Positions 59,973-64,000 of a stretch of 64,000 nucleotides of DNA are shown piece by piece. Source of the DNA: Mustelus asterias (taxonomy: Eukaryota); contig NC_135821.1 in assembly GCF_964213995.1 (NCBI RefSeq), forward strand, positions 4,650,001 through 4,714,000. The letters run 5' to 3'. How positions within the stretch are numbered: position 1 is the stretch's first letter; the number at the start of each line of letters is the position of its first letter. The notes beneath the pieces are model-generated. The model was given only the letters and a program-made list of their open reading frames with translations, made no database searches and was not told where the DNA came from. The translations under genes and the position numbers were made by a program.

Positions 59973-61097
59973 AATGTGCTGTGGTAACCATGGAACTATT
60001 TCCAATTGCGGTAAAAGTCCACCTGGTTCATTGATGTCTCTTTTAGGGGAGGAAATCTGCCATCCTTACCCAGTCTGGCCTACATGTGACTCCAGAGCCA
60101 CAGGGGTTGATCATTAACTGCTCTCTGAAATGGCCGAGTGAGACACTCAATTCAGGGGCAGTTAGTGATGGGGAATAAATGCGGGCCCAGCCAGCGGCTC
60201 CCACACCCCCTGAGAGAATAACAAGAAACTGAACCCACTGCTCCAGATGTGGGTTTGAAATATTCTTTCACAAGGACGTGGGCGTCGCTGGCGAGGCCCA
60301 GTGTTTATTGCCCGTCCCTAGTTGCCCTCGAGGTGGTGGTGGGTGAGCTGCCTTCCTGAACCCGCTGCAGTCCCTGTGATGTAGGTCCACCTGTCGTGTT
60401 GAGGGAATTCCAGGAATTTTTCCCCAGCGACAGTGAAGGAACGGTGATGTCACCCCAAATCAGGATGGAACTATCAGCTCAAACTCACTTTCTACAACGA
60501 GAGACAAAGACCCATCCCTTTATATTCCAGCCGCACTGAGGTGAAGACTCCAATTCTAGGAGCATTTTCCATTCACTTGTGCGCCAGTCCCCTAGTTTTG
60601 AATAGTTTCTGTCGAGAAATCCCATAATGTCCCCGCTCTCCTTCAGTTCCTTCCGCTTCATTGAGCAAACACAGCTTCAATGCTGACGTTGCAAGTTGAC
60701 ATTTCTGAAGAGTTACATTGAACTCAAAACATTAACTCTGTTTCTCTCTGCACAGACGCTGTCAGACCTACTGAGCTTTGCCTGTTTTTATTTCAGATTT
60801 CCAGCAGCTGCAGTATTTTACTTTCTTGATCCAAAGTGGACACCTCACTCTGAACTCTCTGCCAGCTTTGTACCTGAATCCATTAATGTCCCTTTTGCTT
60901 CTCTGTACACCATTTACTGTGACACCCAACTCCGTCATCGCTATTCCTTCATCTAGGTTCCGATTGGAAGAAAGCTCAGGCCTCCTGTCCTTATCCCTGG
61001 GAATATGCCATCTTGTCAATTGGAGATGTACACACCCTGACTCTAGTGTCCTAAAACAATTCCCCAATCCTGTTTAATCATTTCTTCGTAATATATG

Positions 61098-61278
61098 TGT
61101 TATGTTAGTGGTGTAGCCCCTTTAAGGGAAAGGGTCATGTGACCCTGGGGAACCACCCTGGGAGGGCAGGAGGAGTTTGTGTGTGGAGTGAGTGAGACCT
61201 CCAAATAAATACCCATGGTTCCGGATGTCTGTGGATTCAGTCCTTGGGATACACCCCAGCAGCAGAATACACTTCACA
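61098..61278 (+). mobile_element. Possible short solo LTR
   Basis: TGTTATGTT…CCCTTTAAGGG…GGTCATGTGACC…AATAAA…TTCACA. No convincing TSD. Confidence 0.35.
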
Positions 61279-61925
61279 TGGAAGTTAAAATAGTACTCAA
61301 ATTGGCATCTGTTCTTGGAGTTCAAGCCTCAGAAACTTTATGGGAACCAGGAGGACATGATAACGGCATCCTTTCCTGTCAGCAACACTGGCTCTGCCAC
61401 CTATCACTTGTGGATTCAAATCTGAATAACTCACTAGAATGTGATCAATGACCCCAGCCCCTAACTCTTTCGAGTTGGAGATCCTTCTCCACACCAACCT
61501 CTTCAAATGGAAGACACCCTTAATCTGAGGGAGAAAAGGTTTGTCACAATTTAGCATAGAGATGCTGCAAGTGCTTGGACTTCAAACTGAAGAGCAAAGG
61601 GAGTGAACTCACCAAATCAGTGTCCCTGCCCCATTTCTAATCTTCCACCAATTGTTATTTTAATTGTAGCTTCTAGAAACTTCCTTTACAGCACACTGAC
61701 AGTCGTAGAAATATCCCTTTCAGAAATCCCTACAAGCTGCTCAACCGGGAGAAGTCAGCAAACTGCTCGAGGGAAACAAGGAATAATTTTTTCGGAAGCT
61801 GAACTGTGTTAGACAGCCAGGAATTTACCCACGAGTATTCATTAGTGGAATCTTTATTTCCATAGAGAAATTAGAATTTACATTTCAATCCAATATTGAG
61901 AGAAGCAATGGTTCTAGAATCCCAG

Positions 61926-63764
<1,839 letters not shown>

Positions 63765-63821
63765 TGTACTCTCACTGGAAGAAAACTCAACCAAGCTGAG
63801 CTGTTTAGCCACAAGCTCTTG

Positions 63822-63903
63822 TATTTATACCACTGGGACATCCTGCATTCAAACTGGGAATGACATCACCAATGATGATTGACAACCCCTGATAGCCAAT
63901 CAG
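63822..63903 (-). promoter_or_regulatory. Ferritin copy 7 proximal promoter, interrupted by CR1
   Basis: TATAAATA at 63822-63829 and two CCAAT boxes, then an abrupt switch to CR1 sequence at about 63904. Confidence 0.78.
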
Positions 63904-64000
63904 GGTGAACGGTGGGAAGCTTTTCCCCAGGTCGGTGGTGACGTTCATGAGGGGTCATAGGTTCAAGGTGAAGGGGGGGAGGTTTAACACAGATATCAGA
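63904..64000 (+). mobile_element. CR1 fragment inserted in the copy 7 promoter
   Basis: Near-exact reverse complement of 13832-13929. Confidence 0.88.

Overview
This window is vertebrate genomic DNA, most likely from a shark or ray, judging by its HE1/V-SINEs and its CR1, Rex1/Babar and Penelope-like repeats. Its main content is a head-to-tail tandem array of seven intact four-exon ferritin genes on the minus strand (12297-63764). The array may continue past the right edge. The exons are nearly identical between copies, while the introns and spacers form a patchwork of shared blocks. All copies share a compact TATA + multi-CCAAT promoter with a short predicted 5'UTR and no recognisable iron-responsive element. 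Copy 1 looks ancestral (VRQNY, C-terminal LGERD). Copies 2-7 carry R->C and a shortened tail. Copy 5 has lost a ferroxidase His (H65Y), and copy 7 has a LINE inserted in its promoter. The rest of the window is transposon-rich. It includes Penelope-type hammerhead ribozymes, two related solo LTRs, a Tx1-like fragment, a degenerate tRNA-Thr(AGT) and a possible CpG-island first exon of another gene near 7.9 kb. All coordinates were read by eye, and repeat boundaries are approximate.
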